64,000 nucleotides of DNA from Candidatus Woesearchaeota archaeon (GCA_964497265.1 CAZCCK010000003.1:2972-66971); one strand, 5' to 3'; shown: positions 45,801 to 56,584, numbered from the stretch's first letter. Numbers and translations are program-made. The notes: generated by a model from the sequence alone, not told the origin.

Positions 45801-47989
45801 ACAGCGTTTTCTTTAGTTTCTTCTTTTATCGCTTCAATATGCCTACATTTTGGAAATTTTGGACAGGCGAAAAACATTCCATACGCGCTCTTACGTACAA
45901 CTAATTCTGTGGAGCATTTAGGACAATTTTTCTTAACGTTAAGTAGAGCTTCGGGTATTTTTTTAGTGGGACAATCTGGATTGATACAGAGTTCTGAAGG
46001 TTTTCTTTTCGCTCTTAAGATTAGAATCATTGGATAAGAGCATTTATCACAAATTTTCTCAAGTGGTTTTATTTTTCCAGTTTTAGGTAAGCTAAAGGTA
46101 GTTTTGCAATCAGGATATTTGTTGCAAGCGGCGAATTGACCAAATTTTCCGCGGCGAATATGTAATTCTCCTTCTTTGCAGACAGGGCAGGCAGAGATGA
46201 AGCTTTCTTTTTCTTGAGTTTCTTTTGTTGCTTTTCCAAGTTCTTCTCCAATTTTAATTTCATTTTTCTTAAAAGAAATAAGAATTTTGTCCAAAGCTTT
46301 GGTTGCATTTTGAATAATATCTTCTTTTGTTTTTTTATGTTCGACAATTTCTTCCATTTGTTCTTCAAAGCTGCGAGTCATTGCTTGATCTAGGATTTCA
46401 GGGCAGTATTTCTCTAAAGTTTCTATAGTTTTCATTCCTAAGTCTGTGACTTGAATTGATTTTTCGTGAACATAATTGCGGTCATACAGATTTTGTAAGA
46501 TTTGTGCGCGAGTTGCTTTCGTACCTAAGTTTTCTTTTTCAAGTTCTTTAATCAGAGAAGCTTCAGTATACCGTTTAGGAGGTTGAGTTTCTTTGTCATA
46601 AAGGATTATATTTTTAACTTTGACTTTTTGGCCTTTTTTAACGAGGATAAATTCTTCCTCTTCCAATCTTAAGAATTCTCCATACAAGTCATACCATCCT
46701 CGTACTTTAGTTCTGGTTCCTTTAGCTAAGAACAATTCTTTTTCAACGTCTAAAGTGATAGTTAGGGTTTCTCTTACTGCGTTGTCTCCAAAAACAGAAA
46801 AGAATCTTCGTACGATCAGTTCGTATAGTTTCAAAGCTTTTCCATCTAATTTAGAGGGTAGTTCTCCTGTAGGATAAACAGCTGGATGGGCTGGATCAGT
46901 TTTAGCTCCCTCATTTGGAGTGAGGTTAGATTTATTTAACAAAAAAGTACATTCAGGAGTAAAGCGTTTCTTTAATTTTTCTAAAATCTTTTTAAATCCT
47001 AAAACCGCTGGGAGTTTCTGCGAGCTTGTTCTTGGATAAGAGATGTATCCTCCAGTGTAAAGATCTTGAGCGATGGTTAAAGTGTTTTGAGGACTTAAGC
47101 CTAGGACTGAATGAGCTTCGATTTGTAAAGAGGTTAAATCAAAAGGAACTGGGGGTTTTTGTGTTGTTTCTCGTGTTTCTACGTTTTCAACAAGCGCATC
47201 CTTACCTTTTGTTTTTTTAAGGATTGTTTCTGCTTTTTTCTTGTCCCAGAATTTATCTTCTTTATGCCAAGCGTGAATTTCTTTTTGTTCTGCTTCTCCA
47301 ATAAGTTCTAGCTCCCAATAAGGAGTGCTCTTGAAAGCTTGTATTTCTTTTTCTTTATCATAGAGTAATTTTAATGCTGGTCCTTGGACTCTCCCTGTGC
47401 TAAGAAGTTTGAAAGTGCCTAAAGCATGTTTAATGCTGAGCGTTAATGCTCTAGAGAGGTTTAAACCAAACAACCAGTCAAGACTGTGACGAGCTAATCC
47501 AGATTCGATTTGAGGAAATTCTAAATGAGGTGCTGCATGTTCATAAGAGTCAATAAGTTCATCTTTTGTTAAAGTGGAGAATTTCATTCTTTTTGCGTCT
47601 TTTTTATTACCGATGAAACGGATAACATTGAAGCCAATAACGCTACCTTCAACATCAAAATCAGTTGCAACAGTGAATTCGTTAGCGTCTTTTGCTAGTT
47701 TTTTCAAAGCTTCTAAGTAGGCTTTAGAGAATGCTGCTCCTTTATCAATTTCAGAAGTTGGTTTCCATTCAAATTCGTAGATAGGATAATGCCAAGCTTT
47801 TTTGTTTTTTTCAGCCAGAGTGTAGAGGTGACCGACAGCGCAGCCTACGACAATCTTTTTTCCTTTGTGTTCTAGTTCGTAGTAAGGAATTTTGTTGATT
47901 GCTTTTTTAGTAGCTTTTTTATCTGCGAGAGCTTCAGCTATTTTCTGTGCTGCGTTTGGTTTTTCTGCTACAATTAATTCATAACTCAT
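45797..47989 (-). CDS. topA: Type IA DNA topoisomerase (topoisomerase I/III) with C-terminal zinc ribbons
   Basis: TOPRIM LIVAEKP...GHL, an active-site Tyr region (GYISYPRTSS), and C-terminal C4 ribbons (CPVCKEG..C..C, CPKCST...C..C). Confidence 0.85.
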   Translation of the reverse strand: MSYELIVAEKPNAAQKIAEALADKKATKKAINKIPYYELEHKGKKIVVGCAVGHLYTLAEKNKKAWHYPIYEFEWKPTSEIDKGAAFSKAYLEALKKLAKDANEFTVATDFDVEGSVIGFNVIRFIGNKKDAKRMKFSTLTKDELIDSYEHAAPHLEFPQIESGLARHSLDWLFGLNLSRALTLSIKHALGTFKLLSTGRVQGPALKLLYDKEKEIQAFKSTPYWELELIGEAEQKEIHAWHKEDKFWDKKKAETILKKTKGKDALVENVETRETTQKPPVPFDLTSLQIEAHSVLGLSPQNTLTIAQDLYTGGYISYPRTSSQKLPAVLGFKKILEKLKKRFTPECTFLLNKSNLTPNEGAKTDPAHPAVYPTGELPSKLDGKALKLYELIVRRFFSVFGDNAVRETLTITLDVEKELFLAKGTRTKVRGWYDLYGEFLRLEEEEFILVKKGQKVKVKNIILYDKETQPPKRYTEASLIKELEKENLGTKATRAQILQNLYDRNYVHEKSIQVTDLGMKTIETLEKYCPEILDQAMTRSFEEQMEEIVEHKKTKEDIIQNATKALDKILISFKKNEIKIGEELGKATKETQEKESFISACPVCKEGELHIRRGKFGQFAACNKYPDCKTTFSLPKTGKIKPLEKICDKCSYPMILILRAKRKPSELCINPDCPTKKIPEALLNVKKNCPKCSTELVVRKSAYGMFFACPKFPKCRHIEAIKEETKENAV

Positions 47990-48019
47990 AAAAGTGTTTT
48001 AAAATAAAGATATATAAAA

Positions 48020-48646
48020 TTATGCTAAGGGTATTTCAAAGACTTTTCCTTTTCTTCCCACATTAATTACTTTGGTTTTTCCTAAGTATTCTTCGATACC
48101 TTCTGCTTCGTGAATGTGGCTACAAAGTAAGATGTCTGGTTTGAGTTCTTCTACTGCTTTAGCTACGCCCGTACTTGGTGGGACGAAGCGAGAAAGCTTC
48201 TCCATTTTTGTTCCAGCGGGGTGAACATGAGTGACCATGATTTTTTTGTCTAAGTTTTTTACGTAGTAAAAGCCTTTCTTTAAAGTGGTGAAGAATTCTT
48301 CTTCTCCTAAAGCTTCTAGTCCTACGTTTGCTCCGCCGCAGCCAAAAAATCCAACGCTTGAAACTGCTTCAAAAGAGTTATGTAAGTTCTTTATCCCATA
48401 GATGTCTGCTAAGAGATCTCCTAAAGCAAAGCCATCATGGTTTCCAGGAACAAATAAAACTTTTTTCCCTTTATCAATGAAAGGTTTGATGATGTCTTGT
48501 GTTTCTGTGTGTGCTTCAAGTAAGTCTCCACAAAGAACTACTAAGTCAACATTTTCTTTCTCTGCTTGATCTGCGAGTCTTTTGGTTAAAGTAGATTGAC
48601 CATGAAAGTCTCCTGCTGCTAGGATCTTGAGTGTTTTCTTATCCAT
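48020..48646 (-). CDS. Calcineurin-like metallophosphoesterase
   Basis: GDFHG, GDLLE, GNHDG and HVHP motifs. Confidence 0.7.
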   Translation of the reverse strand: MDKKTLKILAAGDFHGQSTLTKRLADQAEKENVDLVVLCGDLLEAHTETQDIIKPFIDKGKKVLFVPGNHDGFALGDLLADIYGIKNLHNSFEAVSSVGFFGCGGANVGLEALGEEEFFTTLKKGFYYVKNLDKKIMVTHVHPAGTKMEKLSRFVPPSTGVAKAVEELKPDILLCSHIHEAEGIEEYLGKTKVINVGRKGKVFEIPLA

Positions 48647-48754
48647 GAGTAAACAGGGTAGAAAAAGCTTATAAGGCTTTTTAATAAAGTAGAGAATAAG
48701 AAATAGAATTTTTTAAAGAGAAATTGTTATAAAGAAAGATTCTAAAGGAAGAAT

Positions 48755-49183
48755 ATGACTCCAGCAAGGAAAATGCATATTCCAAGAGCAGGATATCAAG
48801 GTTTAGTGGTGAATGTTTCTTTAGAAGAGCTAATGAAAATAACAAATAAAGAATACGTTCTGCATAGTTCTAGTTTTTTAGGTTTTCTCGATCAAGATAT
48901 AGCTACGCAAGTGGAAAGATTAAAGTTTAGTGAAAATACCAGTATTGGTGAAGAAGCAGATTATTTAGTGGAAGAGATAAAAAAGGATTATCCAATTATC
49001 GAAGTTCAGTTAGAAGCAATAGGTGCGTCTGCTGCTCTAATCCAAATAGCAAGAGAAGAGACATTTTCAGCGCAGTTATATCTTAAAAAACATGGTAAAG
49101 TAGCAAGTGATGGTTTTTACACAACAGCTCATCCGACAGTTACTTTATATAATGCAACACCTTTAAAAGAAAAAGCTAAATAA
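48755..49183 (+). CDS. Hypothetical protein
   Basis: ORF track entry; no motif. Confidence 0.4.
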   Translation: MTPARKMHIPRAGYQGLVVNVSLEELMKITNKEYVLHSSSFLGFLDQDIATQVERLKFSENTSIGEEADYLVEEIKKDYPIIEVQLEAIGASAALIQIAREETFSAQLYLKKHGKVASDGFYTTAHPTVTLYNATPLKEKAK

Positions 49184-49469
49184 TTTTCTTCTTTTTTACA
49201 AATGTTTCAGCACAGGTAATTGAGCAAAAGTAATAGGTTTGTCCTCGAATTTCACGTTCAACAACATTTTCGTCAACAAGAAGTTTACCGCAGTTTTGAC
49301 ATTTAACTTCACTTTCACCTTTTTCATAGCCTTCAGAGAAACCTTCTTCAACATCAGAGATTTCGTCTTCTTCTAAGAGTTCTTTGCGACCTTTTTGAGT
49401 GTAAGTATCTTCTTCTAATTCGCCTTGTTCTTTTCCTTCTTCCTCTTCGATGTAAGTTTGCTTAGCCAT
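49176..49469 (-). CDS. Acidic protein with a TRASH/YHS-like zinc finger
   Basis: CQNCGK...YYFCSITCAETF. Confidence 0.45.
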   Translation of the reverse strand: MAKQTYIEEEEGKEQGELEEDTYTQKGRKELLEEDEISDVEEGFSEGYEKGESEVKCQNCGKLLVDENVVEREIRGQTYYFCSITCAETFVKKKKII

Positions 49470-50757
49470 GTTTCTTAGAACGTTTTAAAGAAGATTTAAA
49501 GGTTTTTATTTGTTTAAAGCCAGTATATTTCCATAAGGCTTTAGGTATTTTTACAGAGCCGTCTTTTTGTTGATGATTGTCAATAAGGCAAGCGAGCATG
49601 CGAGCGGTGGAGATCGCAGTATTATTAAGGGTATAAACAAAAGAGAGTTCGTTTTTATTTTGATATTTAATGTTACTTCTTCGAGCTTGGTAGTCCAAAC
49701 AATTAGAACACGAACCTAGTTCTCGGTAAGTATTTTGGCTGGGAAACCAGCATTCAAAGTCAATGGTTTTAGTGGGAACTCTTCCCATATCTTGTGAGGA
49801 AAGGGCGACAAATCTAAAAGGGATTTCTAGCTTTTTTAAAAGTTCTTCCGAGTTTTTTAAGATCAAATCAAACTCTTTCCATGCCTCTTCAGGTTTACAA
49901 AAAACGAATTGTTCTATTTTTTCAAATTGGTGAACTCTAAAGATTCCTTTTGGATCTTTTCCGTGAGAGCCGAGTTCCTTTCTAAAGCAGGGTGAAATTC
50001 CTGCGAAGCGAACGGGTAATTTCTCAGAAGGAATAACTTCGTTTAAGTAATAAGCGTTGATTGCGTGTTCTGCTGTTCCAATTAAGTAAAGGTCTTCTCC
50101 TTCAATTTTATAGATCATTTCTTCAAAAGCGGCAAGAGGAATTGCGCCGCCAAGAGCTTCTTTTCTTAAAAGATAAGGGGGTTGGATAAGAGTGAATTTT
50201 TTTGTAGATAAGAAGTCTAGAGCGAGTTGGATAAGCGCGTAATTAAGTTTAACTAAATCCCCTTTGTAATAATAGAAGCGAGAACCAGAAACTTCAGCAG
50301 CTTTTTTTGTATCAAGTAAGTCTAAAGATTCTAAAACCTCTGCGTGGTCTTTGGCAAAGGGAAGTTTCTTAGGTTTTCCAAAAGTTTTGATGGTTTTGTT
50401 AGAAGTTGCATCTCCAACAGGAACTGTTGAATCAACAAGATTGGGTATTTCTTTTAAGAGAGAATCTCGTTTAGTTTTAAGTTCAATCATTATTTTTTCA
50501 GTTTCTTCTATCTTTTTAGGAATTGTTTTTGCTTCTTGCAAGAGAGGATTGAGGTCTTGTCCTTTTCTTTTTGCTTCATTGATGTCGATAGAAATCTTAT
50601 TTCTTCTGCTGCGAAGGTTGTCTGATTCTTCTTTGAGTTGTCTCCATTTTTTATCTAATTCAATAATTTGATCAATTTCGTTTTCATCCATTCCTCTTTT
50701 TCTTTGGCTTTCTTTTACGAGGTCTGGCTGTTCGCGAAGCAGGTTAATGTCAAGCAT
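49462..50757 (-). CDS. serS: Seryl-tRNA synthetase (class II)
   Basis: An N-terminal coiled-coil arm and class II motifs (FRVHQFEKIEQFVF; GSAISTARMLACLIDNH-like motif 3). Confidence 0.85.
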   Translation of the reverse strand: MLDINLLREQPDLVKESQRKRGMDENEIDQIIELDKKWRQLKEESDNLRSRRNKISIDINEAKRKGQDLNPLLQEAKTIPKKIEETEKIMIELKTKRDSLLKEIPNLVDSTVPVGDATSNKTIKTFGKPKKLPFAKDHAEVLESLDLLDTKKAAEVSGSRFYYYKGDLVKLNYALIQLALDFLSTKKFTLIQPPYLLRKEALGGAIPLAAFEEMIYKIEGEDLYLIGTAEHAINAYYLNEVIPSEKLPVRFAGISPCFRKELGSHGKDPKGIFRVHQFEKIEQFVFCKPEEAWKEFDLILKNSEELLKKLEIPFRFVALSSQDMGRVPTKTIDFECWFPSQNTYRELGSCSNCLDYQARRSNIKYQNKNELSFVYTLNNTAISTARMLACLIDNHQQKDGSVKIPKALWKYTGFKQIKTFKSSLKRSKKHG

Positions 50758-50938
50758 GAAAGAGATTCAGAATAAGGGTCTTATAAAGATTGTGATAAAA
50801 AAGACAGGTTTGCCACCACTGAGCAGGAGAGTTATAACTAGGGAGTGAAAAATATATTTGTAAATGAAAACATTTAAATATTTCTTTAGTATCATATGCT
50901 TGGAAAAAAGAGCTGTATAATCTACGGGGGTAGAATAA

Positions 50939-51217
50939 TTGTCAAAAAAGAAAGAAATAGACATTTTTGAGGTATTTTTTAGAAAAAAGCCAGCTATGAT
51001 CTTAGTAGCTTTAAGAAAGAATAATAGAAACAGGTATGGTTCAATTCTAGCTAAAGAGGTGGATTGTACGTATTCTCATGCAGTTAAGATTTTGCAAGAG
51101 ATGGAAAAGGCAAGGCTTGTCACATTTGAAAAGCATGGAAGAATTAAAACGATTGCTTTAACTGATGGTGGAAACAGGATTGCTGAGTATATCGAAAAAA
51201 TTTCTGAATTACTTTAA
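50939..51217 (+). CDS. Winged-helix transcriptional regulator
   Basis: GSILAKEVDCTYSHAVKILQEMEKARLV is a helix-turn-helix followed by a wing. Confidence 0.55.
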   Translation: MSKKKEIDIFEVFFRKKPAMILVALRKNNRNRYGSILAKEVDCTYSHAVKILQEMEKARLVTFEKHGRIKTIALTDGGNRIAEYIEKISELL

Positions 51218-51278
51218 TTTTTTATTTTTTTTAAGTTGAAGAGAAGATTTATAAAGTTGTAAGATTAATAGAGAAGGC

Positions 51279-51638
51279 ATGGCAAACTATAACCTAACTA
51301 TAAAAGAATTAGCAGAGGTAATTAATTTAAAAGGAGCTTGCGGAGTTTCTGGAACTGTAGCAAAGATATATGAGGGTCTTAACCCTGATCAAATTGTAGA
51401 ACCTACAGCAGCAAGATATGCAGTATCAAATATGCAGAAAAGAATGGCACCCTACAAAGGAAGAGAAGATTCTAAACTAGGTCCGATATACGATGCTTTA
51501 GGAAGAGTAAATTTAGAAACAACTACAAATGAAGAAATGAGTAAGCTTTTAATGGGCCATCACAATTCTATTCATGATACATTTGTGGAGAAAGTAGAAA
51601 GAATTGATGCGGATTTGGTTAAGTTAGTAACCGGATAA
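51279..51638 (+). CDS. Hypothetical protein
   Basis: ORF track entry. Confidence 0.4.
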   Translation: MANYNLTIKELAEVINLKGACGVSGTVAKIYEGLNPDQIVEPTAARYAVSNMQKRMAPYKGREDSKLGPIYDALGRVNLETTTNEEMSKLLMGHHNSIHDTFVEKVERIDADLVKLVTG

Positions 51639-51704
51639 TTCTCTTTTTTTAACTTTATTTTAGAGAACATGAATCTTTATAAGGCAAAGAATAAAAAGTA
51701 AATT

Positions 51705-52151
51705 ATGAATTTAGACGAATTAAAAGCGACTATAAGAGAAAAGTTAGATCCTGATTTTTCGGCTTACCTAACGGAGGGCAGCCCAAGACGATTGAGAGTT
51801 ACATTAAATACTCAAAGATGTTTTGTTGATTTTACAGCGACTAACGATTTTGGAGAGTATAGTTTTGAAGCTAATCCTAAAGCAGAGGTAACATCCTATC
51901 ATTTTGATACAGGTAGAAGATTTGGTATTAAACTTGAAAAAGAGTTAGTGAGAATAGTTACAGAGAAGTATAAAGATTTAGAAAGGGTAGATCGAGAAGA
52001 GGGGATGAGTTATCTAAAGCAAGATGTACAAGGTTTTGATCAAATCACGCAAGCAGTTCAAAAAGTTGGAAAAGTAACGCAAATTTATGATGCTTTAGAA
52101 AGAGATCTTAAAAATATTCTTTCCCAATATGCCCAGAGTCATTTTAAATAA
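51705..52151 (+). CDS. Hypothetical protein
   Basis: ORF track entry. Confidence 0.4.
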   Translation: MNLDELKATIREKLDPDFSAYLTEGSPRRLRVTLNTQRCFVDFTATNDFGEYSFEANPKAEVTSYHFDTGRRFGIKLEKELVRIVTEKYKDLERVDREEGMSYLKQDVQGFDQITQAVQKVGKVTQIYDALERDLKNILSQYAQSHFK

Positions 52152-52172
52152 AGTAAAAGAGACAAGTTCTTA

Positions 52173-52586
52173 ATGAAAGAGCATGTAGCTTTGTTAATTA
52201 GAAATAAAAACGAGTTTCTATTTGTAAAAAGGAGTAAAACAAAGACTACTTTACCTGGAATCTGGGCGTTTCCAAGCGGGACAAAAGAAGAGCTAGAATC
52301 GATTGAAGAAACTGGGAAAAGAGAAGCTTTTGAAGAATTAGATGTAAAAATTGAAATAGAAAAAATTTTAGGAAGTTACGAAATCAAAGAGTTTGAAGTA
52401 AAGTTGAATTTTATTGTAGCAAAGGTTATTTTAGGTGATCCAAGGATAAAAGAGAGAAATGAAATTGAAGAAATAGAGTGGTTGACTTTTAAAGAGTTTT
52501 TTGACAAATATAGAGATGAAGAAATTGGTCATGGATTGAAGTATTTAAGAAAGAACCCTGCGCTATGGGCAGAGTATGCTGATTGA
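52173..52586 (+). CDS. NUDIX hydrolase
   Basis: Nudix box GTKEELESIEETGKREAFEELDV. Confidence 0.7.
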   Translation: MKEHVALLIRNKNEFLFVKRSKTKTTLPGIWAFPSGTKEELESIEETGKREAFEELDVKIEIEKILGSYEIKEFEVKLNFIVAKVILGDPRIKERNEIEEIEWLTFKEFFDKYRDEEIGHGLKYLRKNPALWAEYAD

Positions 52587-52625
52587 AGATATAATCTTTT
52601 ATAGTTCTAAGGTTTTCTTTAAGAA

Positions 52626-54833
52626 GTGGAGATAAAAAACTTTCAGCCAAGATTATACCAAGAAACAATTCTAGATTCTTGTATGAAAAAAAACACATTG
52701 GTAGTTTTACCTACAGGGTTAGGAAAGACAAAGGTAGCTATTCTTACTGCAATTAATAGGATGAAAAATTTTCCAAATTCAAAAGTACTATTTTTAACGC
52801 CGACTAAACCTTTAGCTTCTCAGATTCAAAGAGAGTTCAAAGAGTGTACAGATATTACAAATGAAGATATTATTTTGTGTACGGGCGCGGTATTACCTGC
52901 TAAAAGAGAAGCTTCGTTAAAATCTGCAAAAATCGTGGTAAGTACTCCTCAAACGATTTCTAATGATATTGTGAATGGTAGGATTAATTTAGAAGAATAT
53001 TCACTTTTAGTGTTAGATGAAGCACATAGGTGCATGAAGGATTATGCGTATACCTGGCTCTGTAAAACTTATATTAAAAAATCTAAAAATCCAAGAATTA
53101 TTGGTTTGACTGCTTCTCCTGGTTCAGATTTAAAGACGATTAGTGATTTGTGTAAGAACGCGTTTATTGAAGGGGTTGAAGTGAGAACTGATCAGGATGA
53201 GGACGTCAAACCATATGTTCAAGAAGTACAAGTGGATTGGATTAAAGTAGAATTACCTAAAGAGTTTAAAGAGATTCAAGATTTATTACATTTGTCCTAC
53301 AAAGATAAGTTAATGGCGGTTAAATCCTTAGGTCAGATTTCAAAGACGGATTTTACAAAAAAAGAATTACTAACCGTATTATCCAGTTTACAAGGAAGGC
53401 TAGCCAGAGGAGAAAGAGATTTTCAGATTATGCGTTGTGTTTCTTTGATTTCAGAAGCACTAAAAGTAGAGCATGCGATTGAATTATTAGAGACTCAAGG
53501 GTTAGAAGCATTGCATTCTTATTTAGACAAGCTATTCATTGAAGCAGAAAAGACAAAAGTGAAAGCAATCCAAAATCTAGCCAGAGACAGTAATTTTTAT
53601 AATGCTTTTAGAAAAACAAAGGATATGATTGGGTTGCATATTGAGCACCCTAAAGTAACTGCGTTAAAAAATTTAATGAAAGAAGAAATTGAAAAAAATC
53701 CAAAGATGAAAGTAATTATTTTCAATCAGTATAGAGATTCAGCAAAAAATATTGAAAAAGAGATTAATCAAATTCCCGGAATTAAAGGAAGTATTTTCGT
53801 AGGTCAAGCAAAGAAACAAGATACAGGTTTGTCTCAAAAAGAACAGTTAGCTTTGTTAAGTGAATTTGCACAAGGAGAAAAGAATTGTATCATTTCTACG
53901 TCAATTGGTGAAGAAGGGTTGGATATTCCTAAAGTGGATTTAGTGATTTTTTTCGAACCTGTTCCTTCTGCGATAAGAAGTATTCAAAGAAGAGGAAGAA
54001 CAGCAAGAACAGAGAAGGGAAGAATTGTGATGTTGATGACGAAGAACACAAGAGATGAAGCGTATCATTGGATTGCGTTTCATAAAGAGAAAAACATGTA
54101 TAAGGTTTTAGGAGATTTAAAAAAGAAGTTAACGTTTGAGACAGTTGAACAGCCAACTTTAAAGGATTTTTCTCCATCAGAAGAGCAAAGTTTGATAGTG
54201 TATGCTGATTCGAGAGAAGCAAATTCTACTGTCTTAAAAGAGTTAGTAAATCAGGGAGTGAAGGTAGTTACAAAACCGCTAGAAGTTGCAGATTATGTTA
54301 TTTCAGATAAAGTCGGTATTGAAAGAAAAACTATTCAAGATTTTTTAGCGTCTATGATTGATAAAAGGTTATTGCAGCAGCTTAAAGACTTAAGGAATAA
54401 TTTCGAAAAGCCTTTGATTATTCTAGAGGGAGAAGAGGATTTGTATTCGTTAAGGAAGATTCATCCAAACGCGATTCGAGGTATGCTTGCTACGATTACG
54501 GTTTCTTATTCTATTCCAATGGTTAAGACGCAGAATGGTGCAGATACTGCGATGTTAATTAGAGCTATTGCGAAAAGGGAGCAAGATTCGACCGAAAGAG
54601 ATTTTAGTTTAAGATTAGAAAGAAAACCGTTAACTACAAAAGAACAGCAAGAATTTGTAATAGAATCTTTTCCTGGTGTTGGTCCTGTGATTGCTAAAGA
54701 GATTTTGAAGAAGTTAAAATCAATTAAAAATGTTGCAAATGCTTCTTTAGAGGAGTTGAAAGAGATTGATAATGTGGGTGAAGTTAAAGCTAAAGAGATT
54801 AAAGAGTTGCTTGACGCGCTTTATCCTGATTAA
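52626..54833 (+). CDS. hef: Hef: SF2 helicase fused to an XPF/ERCC4 nuclease and (HhH)2
   Basis: Helicase motif I PTGLGKT, motif II LVLDEAH, and motif VI QRRGRTAR. ERCC4 domain IVYADSREANS...VADYVISDKVGIERKTIQDF, and C-terminal HhH FPGVGPVIAKEIL. Confidence 0.8.
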   Translation: MEIKNFQPRLYQETILDSCMKKNTLVVLPTGLGKTKVAILTAINRMKNFPNSKVLFLTPTKPLASQIQREFKECTDITNEDIILCTGAVLPAKREASLKSAKIVVSTPQTISNDIVNGRINLEEYSLLVLDEAHRCMKDYAYTWLCKTYIKKSKNPRIIGLTASPGSDLKTISDLCKNAFIEGVEVRTDQDEDVKPYVQEVQVDWIKVELPKEFKEIQDLLHLSYKDKLMAVKSLGQISKTDFTKKELLTVLSSLQGRLARGERDFQIMRCVSLISEALKVEHAIELLETQGLEALHSYLDKLFIEAEKTKVKAIQNLARDSNFYNAFRKTKDMIGLHIEHPKVTALKNLMKEEIEKNPKMKVIIFNQYRDSAKNIEKEINQIPGIKGSIFVGQAKKQDTGLSQKEQLALLSEFAQGEKNCIISTSIGEEGLDIPKVDLVIFFEPVPSAIRSIQRRGRTARTEKGRIVMLMTKNTRDEAYHWIAFHKEKNMYKVLGDLKKKLTFETVEQPTLKDFSPSEEQSLIVYADSREANSTVLKELVNQGVKVVTKPLEVADYVISDKVGIERKTIQDFLASMIDKRLLQQLKDLRNNFEKPLIILEGEEDLYSLRKIHPNAIRGMLATITVSYSIPMVKTQNGADTAMLIRAIAKREQDSTERDFSLRLERKPLTTKEQQEFVIESFPGVGPVIAKEILKKLKSIKNVANASLEELKEIDNVGEVKAKEIKELLDALYPD

Positions 54834-55369
54834 ACTAAAGAATATGTTTCGATTTCTTCATAGATTGGTCCTTGGGAGGTTAGAGTGCTTTTATACAAAG
54901 TGAAAGATTCTAAAGTAAAAGGAAGCTTTTCTATTTTCAATGGTTTAAGGAGTGCTAAAAAGGGAATCTTTTTTTGAATGGTTTTGACTCGACCTAAAGT
55001 TAAGTGAGCGACAAATTGTTGTTCAGAGGCTACAAGGTCAAGGGTTTCTTCATCTATGTTCTGTGCTAATCGAACAATATTTTCTTCTGGTTTTAGGCCT
55101 ACCCAAAGAGAGTGAGGTTCCTCAATATCAGGGAAAAATCCGATTTTATCTAAGTTACCTTTTATTTTTTTAAAATTAATTTTTTTGAGTCTTTCCTTAA
55201 TTTTAACAAGTTTATCTTCATTAATTTCTCCCAAGAATTTCAAAGTGATATGTAAATTTTTCTTAGCGACCCAGTTGATTTTAGCGTCTTTAGTTTTGAG
55301 TTTTCTTTGAAAGTCAAATAAGTAGTCTTTGACGTCTTTAGGTAGGTTTAAAGCAATAAAACAGCGCAT
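54830..55369 (-). CDS. ligT: 2'-5' RNA ligase / 2H phosphoesterase (LigT/ThpR)
   Basis: Two H-x-T-x motifs (HITLKFLG and HLTLGRV). Confidence 0.75.
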   Translation of the reverse strand: MRCFIALNLPKDVKDYLFDFQRKLKTKDAKINWVAKKNLHITLKFLGEINEDKLVKIKERLKKINFKKIKGNLDKIGFFPDIEEPHSLWVGLKPEENIVRLAQNIDEETLDLVASEQQFVAHLTLGRVKTIQKKIPFLALLKPLKIEKLPFTLESFTLYKSTLTSQGPIYEEIETYSLV

Positions 55370-55480
55370 ATTCTTTTAAGAAAAGATCTCTTTTTAATAG
55401 TTTGGTTTCGTAGTAGAAAAAATTAAGTACTTTTAATTTGAGAATTAAAAAGAGGATGAGTTAATTAGAGAAATTGTTTC

Positions 55481-56584
55481 TTAGCCATACATCTCTATTG
55501 GTGATTCTTCGTAGCCTAGCTGTGAGTTAAATTTTTCTATAGCTTTAAGAAAGTCTTGTGTGTGAACCTGTTCTCTATTTTCTCTTAAGGCAAAGTATCC
55601 TGCTTCTGTACATACTGCGCGAAGTTCTGCTCCTGAGAATCCTTCTGTTTTTTCTAAGAGTTCTTCGAAGTTAAGCTCAGAAGTGCTCATTTGTTTAGTG
55701 TGAATTTGAAAGATTTGTTTTCTACCTTCTTTTTCAGGTAAGGGTAATTCAATGATTCGATCAAATCTTCCAGGCCTTAAGATTGCTTCATCGAGGATGT
55801 CAACTCGATTGGTTGCAGCAATAATTTTCACGTCTGATAAATTCTTAAAGCCGTCCATTTCTGTTAAAAGTTGCATGAGCGTTCTTTGAACTTCTCGCTC
55901 TCCAGAGGTGCCAAGTTCTACGCGTTGGCTTGCCAGAGCGTCTATTTCATCGATAAACACAATGGAAGGAGCTTTTTCTCGCGCGAGTTGAAAAAGATCT
56001 TTGACTAGTTTTGCTCCTTCTCCTATGAATTTTTGTACAAGTTCTGAAGCGACGAGGTGAATGAACGTAGCGTTAGTGCTAGTAGCGACTGCTTTTGCTA
56101 AGAGTGTTTTTCCGGTTCCAGGAGATCCATGGAGTAAGACTCCTTTCGGAGGAGAGATTCCTAGTTTTTTGAAAAGTTCGGGTTTTTGTAATGGGAGTTC
56201 TACCACTTCTTTGATTTCGCGAACTTGGTCTTCTAATCCTCCTAAGTCTTGCCAAGAAATATTAGGTTTCTCTACAATGAGAAAGCTGTCTACATCAAAA
56301 GCTTTAGAGTGTTCTAGTTTTTGAACGATAGTAAGCGATTTTTGTTCTACAAGGACAGTATCTCCAGGTTCAATAGAAACATTTCCAGCGATGTTAACAT
56401 AGAAGTGATTACCATTTGCTACTTTAATGACCGCCTTATTAGTTAAACTTTTTTTAACGTCGCAGACAAGTAAGGGTAGTTCTTTGAATTTGTTAAGTTC
56501 TGCTTTTAAATATCCTAAGCTTGCTTTGAGAAGTTGGTTTTCTTCTTGAAGGTCTTGGGGAACCACAGTGCTCTCTTTTTCCAC
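55481..56584 (-). CDS. pan: Proteasome-activating nucleotidase (PAN)
   Basis: N-terminal coiled coil, OB, and an AAA module ([23 protein letters not shown]). The C-terminal MYG is HbYX-like. A GTG start is likely. Confidence 0.85.
   Translation of the reverse strand: MEKESTVVPQDLQEENQLLKASLGYLKAELNKFKELPLLVCDVKKSLTNKAVIKVANGNHFYVNIAGNVSIEPGDTVLVEQKSLTIVQKLEHSKAFDVDSFLIVEKPNISWQDLGGLEDQVREIKEVVELPLQKPELFKKLGISPPKGVLLHGSPGTGKTLLAKAVATSTNATFIHLVASELVQKFIGEGAKLVKDLFQLAREKAPSIVFIDEIDALASQRVELGTSGEREVQRTLMQLLTEMDGFKNLSDVKIIAATNRVDILDEAILRPGRFDRIIELPLPEKEGRKQIFQIHTKQMSTSELNFEELLEKTEGFSGAELRAVCTEAGYFALRENREQVHTQDFLKAIEKFNSQLGYEESPIEMYG

Noticed and set aside
50780-50870. Moderately GC-rich stretch upstream of serS with a CTGA and a UGUGAUA-like motif, considered as a second C/D sRNA
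   Set aside because: No canonical RUGAUGA C box, no terminal stem and no 12-nt spacing. It is more likely promoter or UTR sequence
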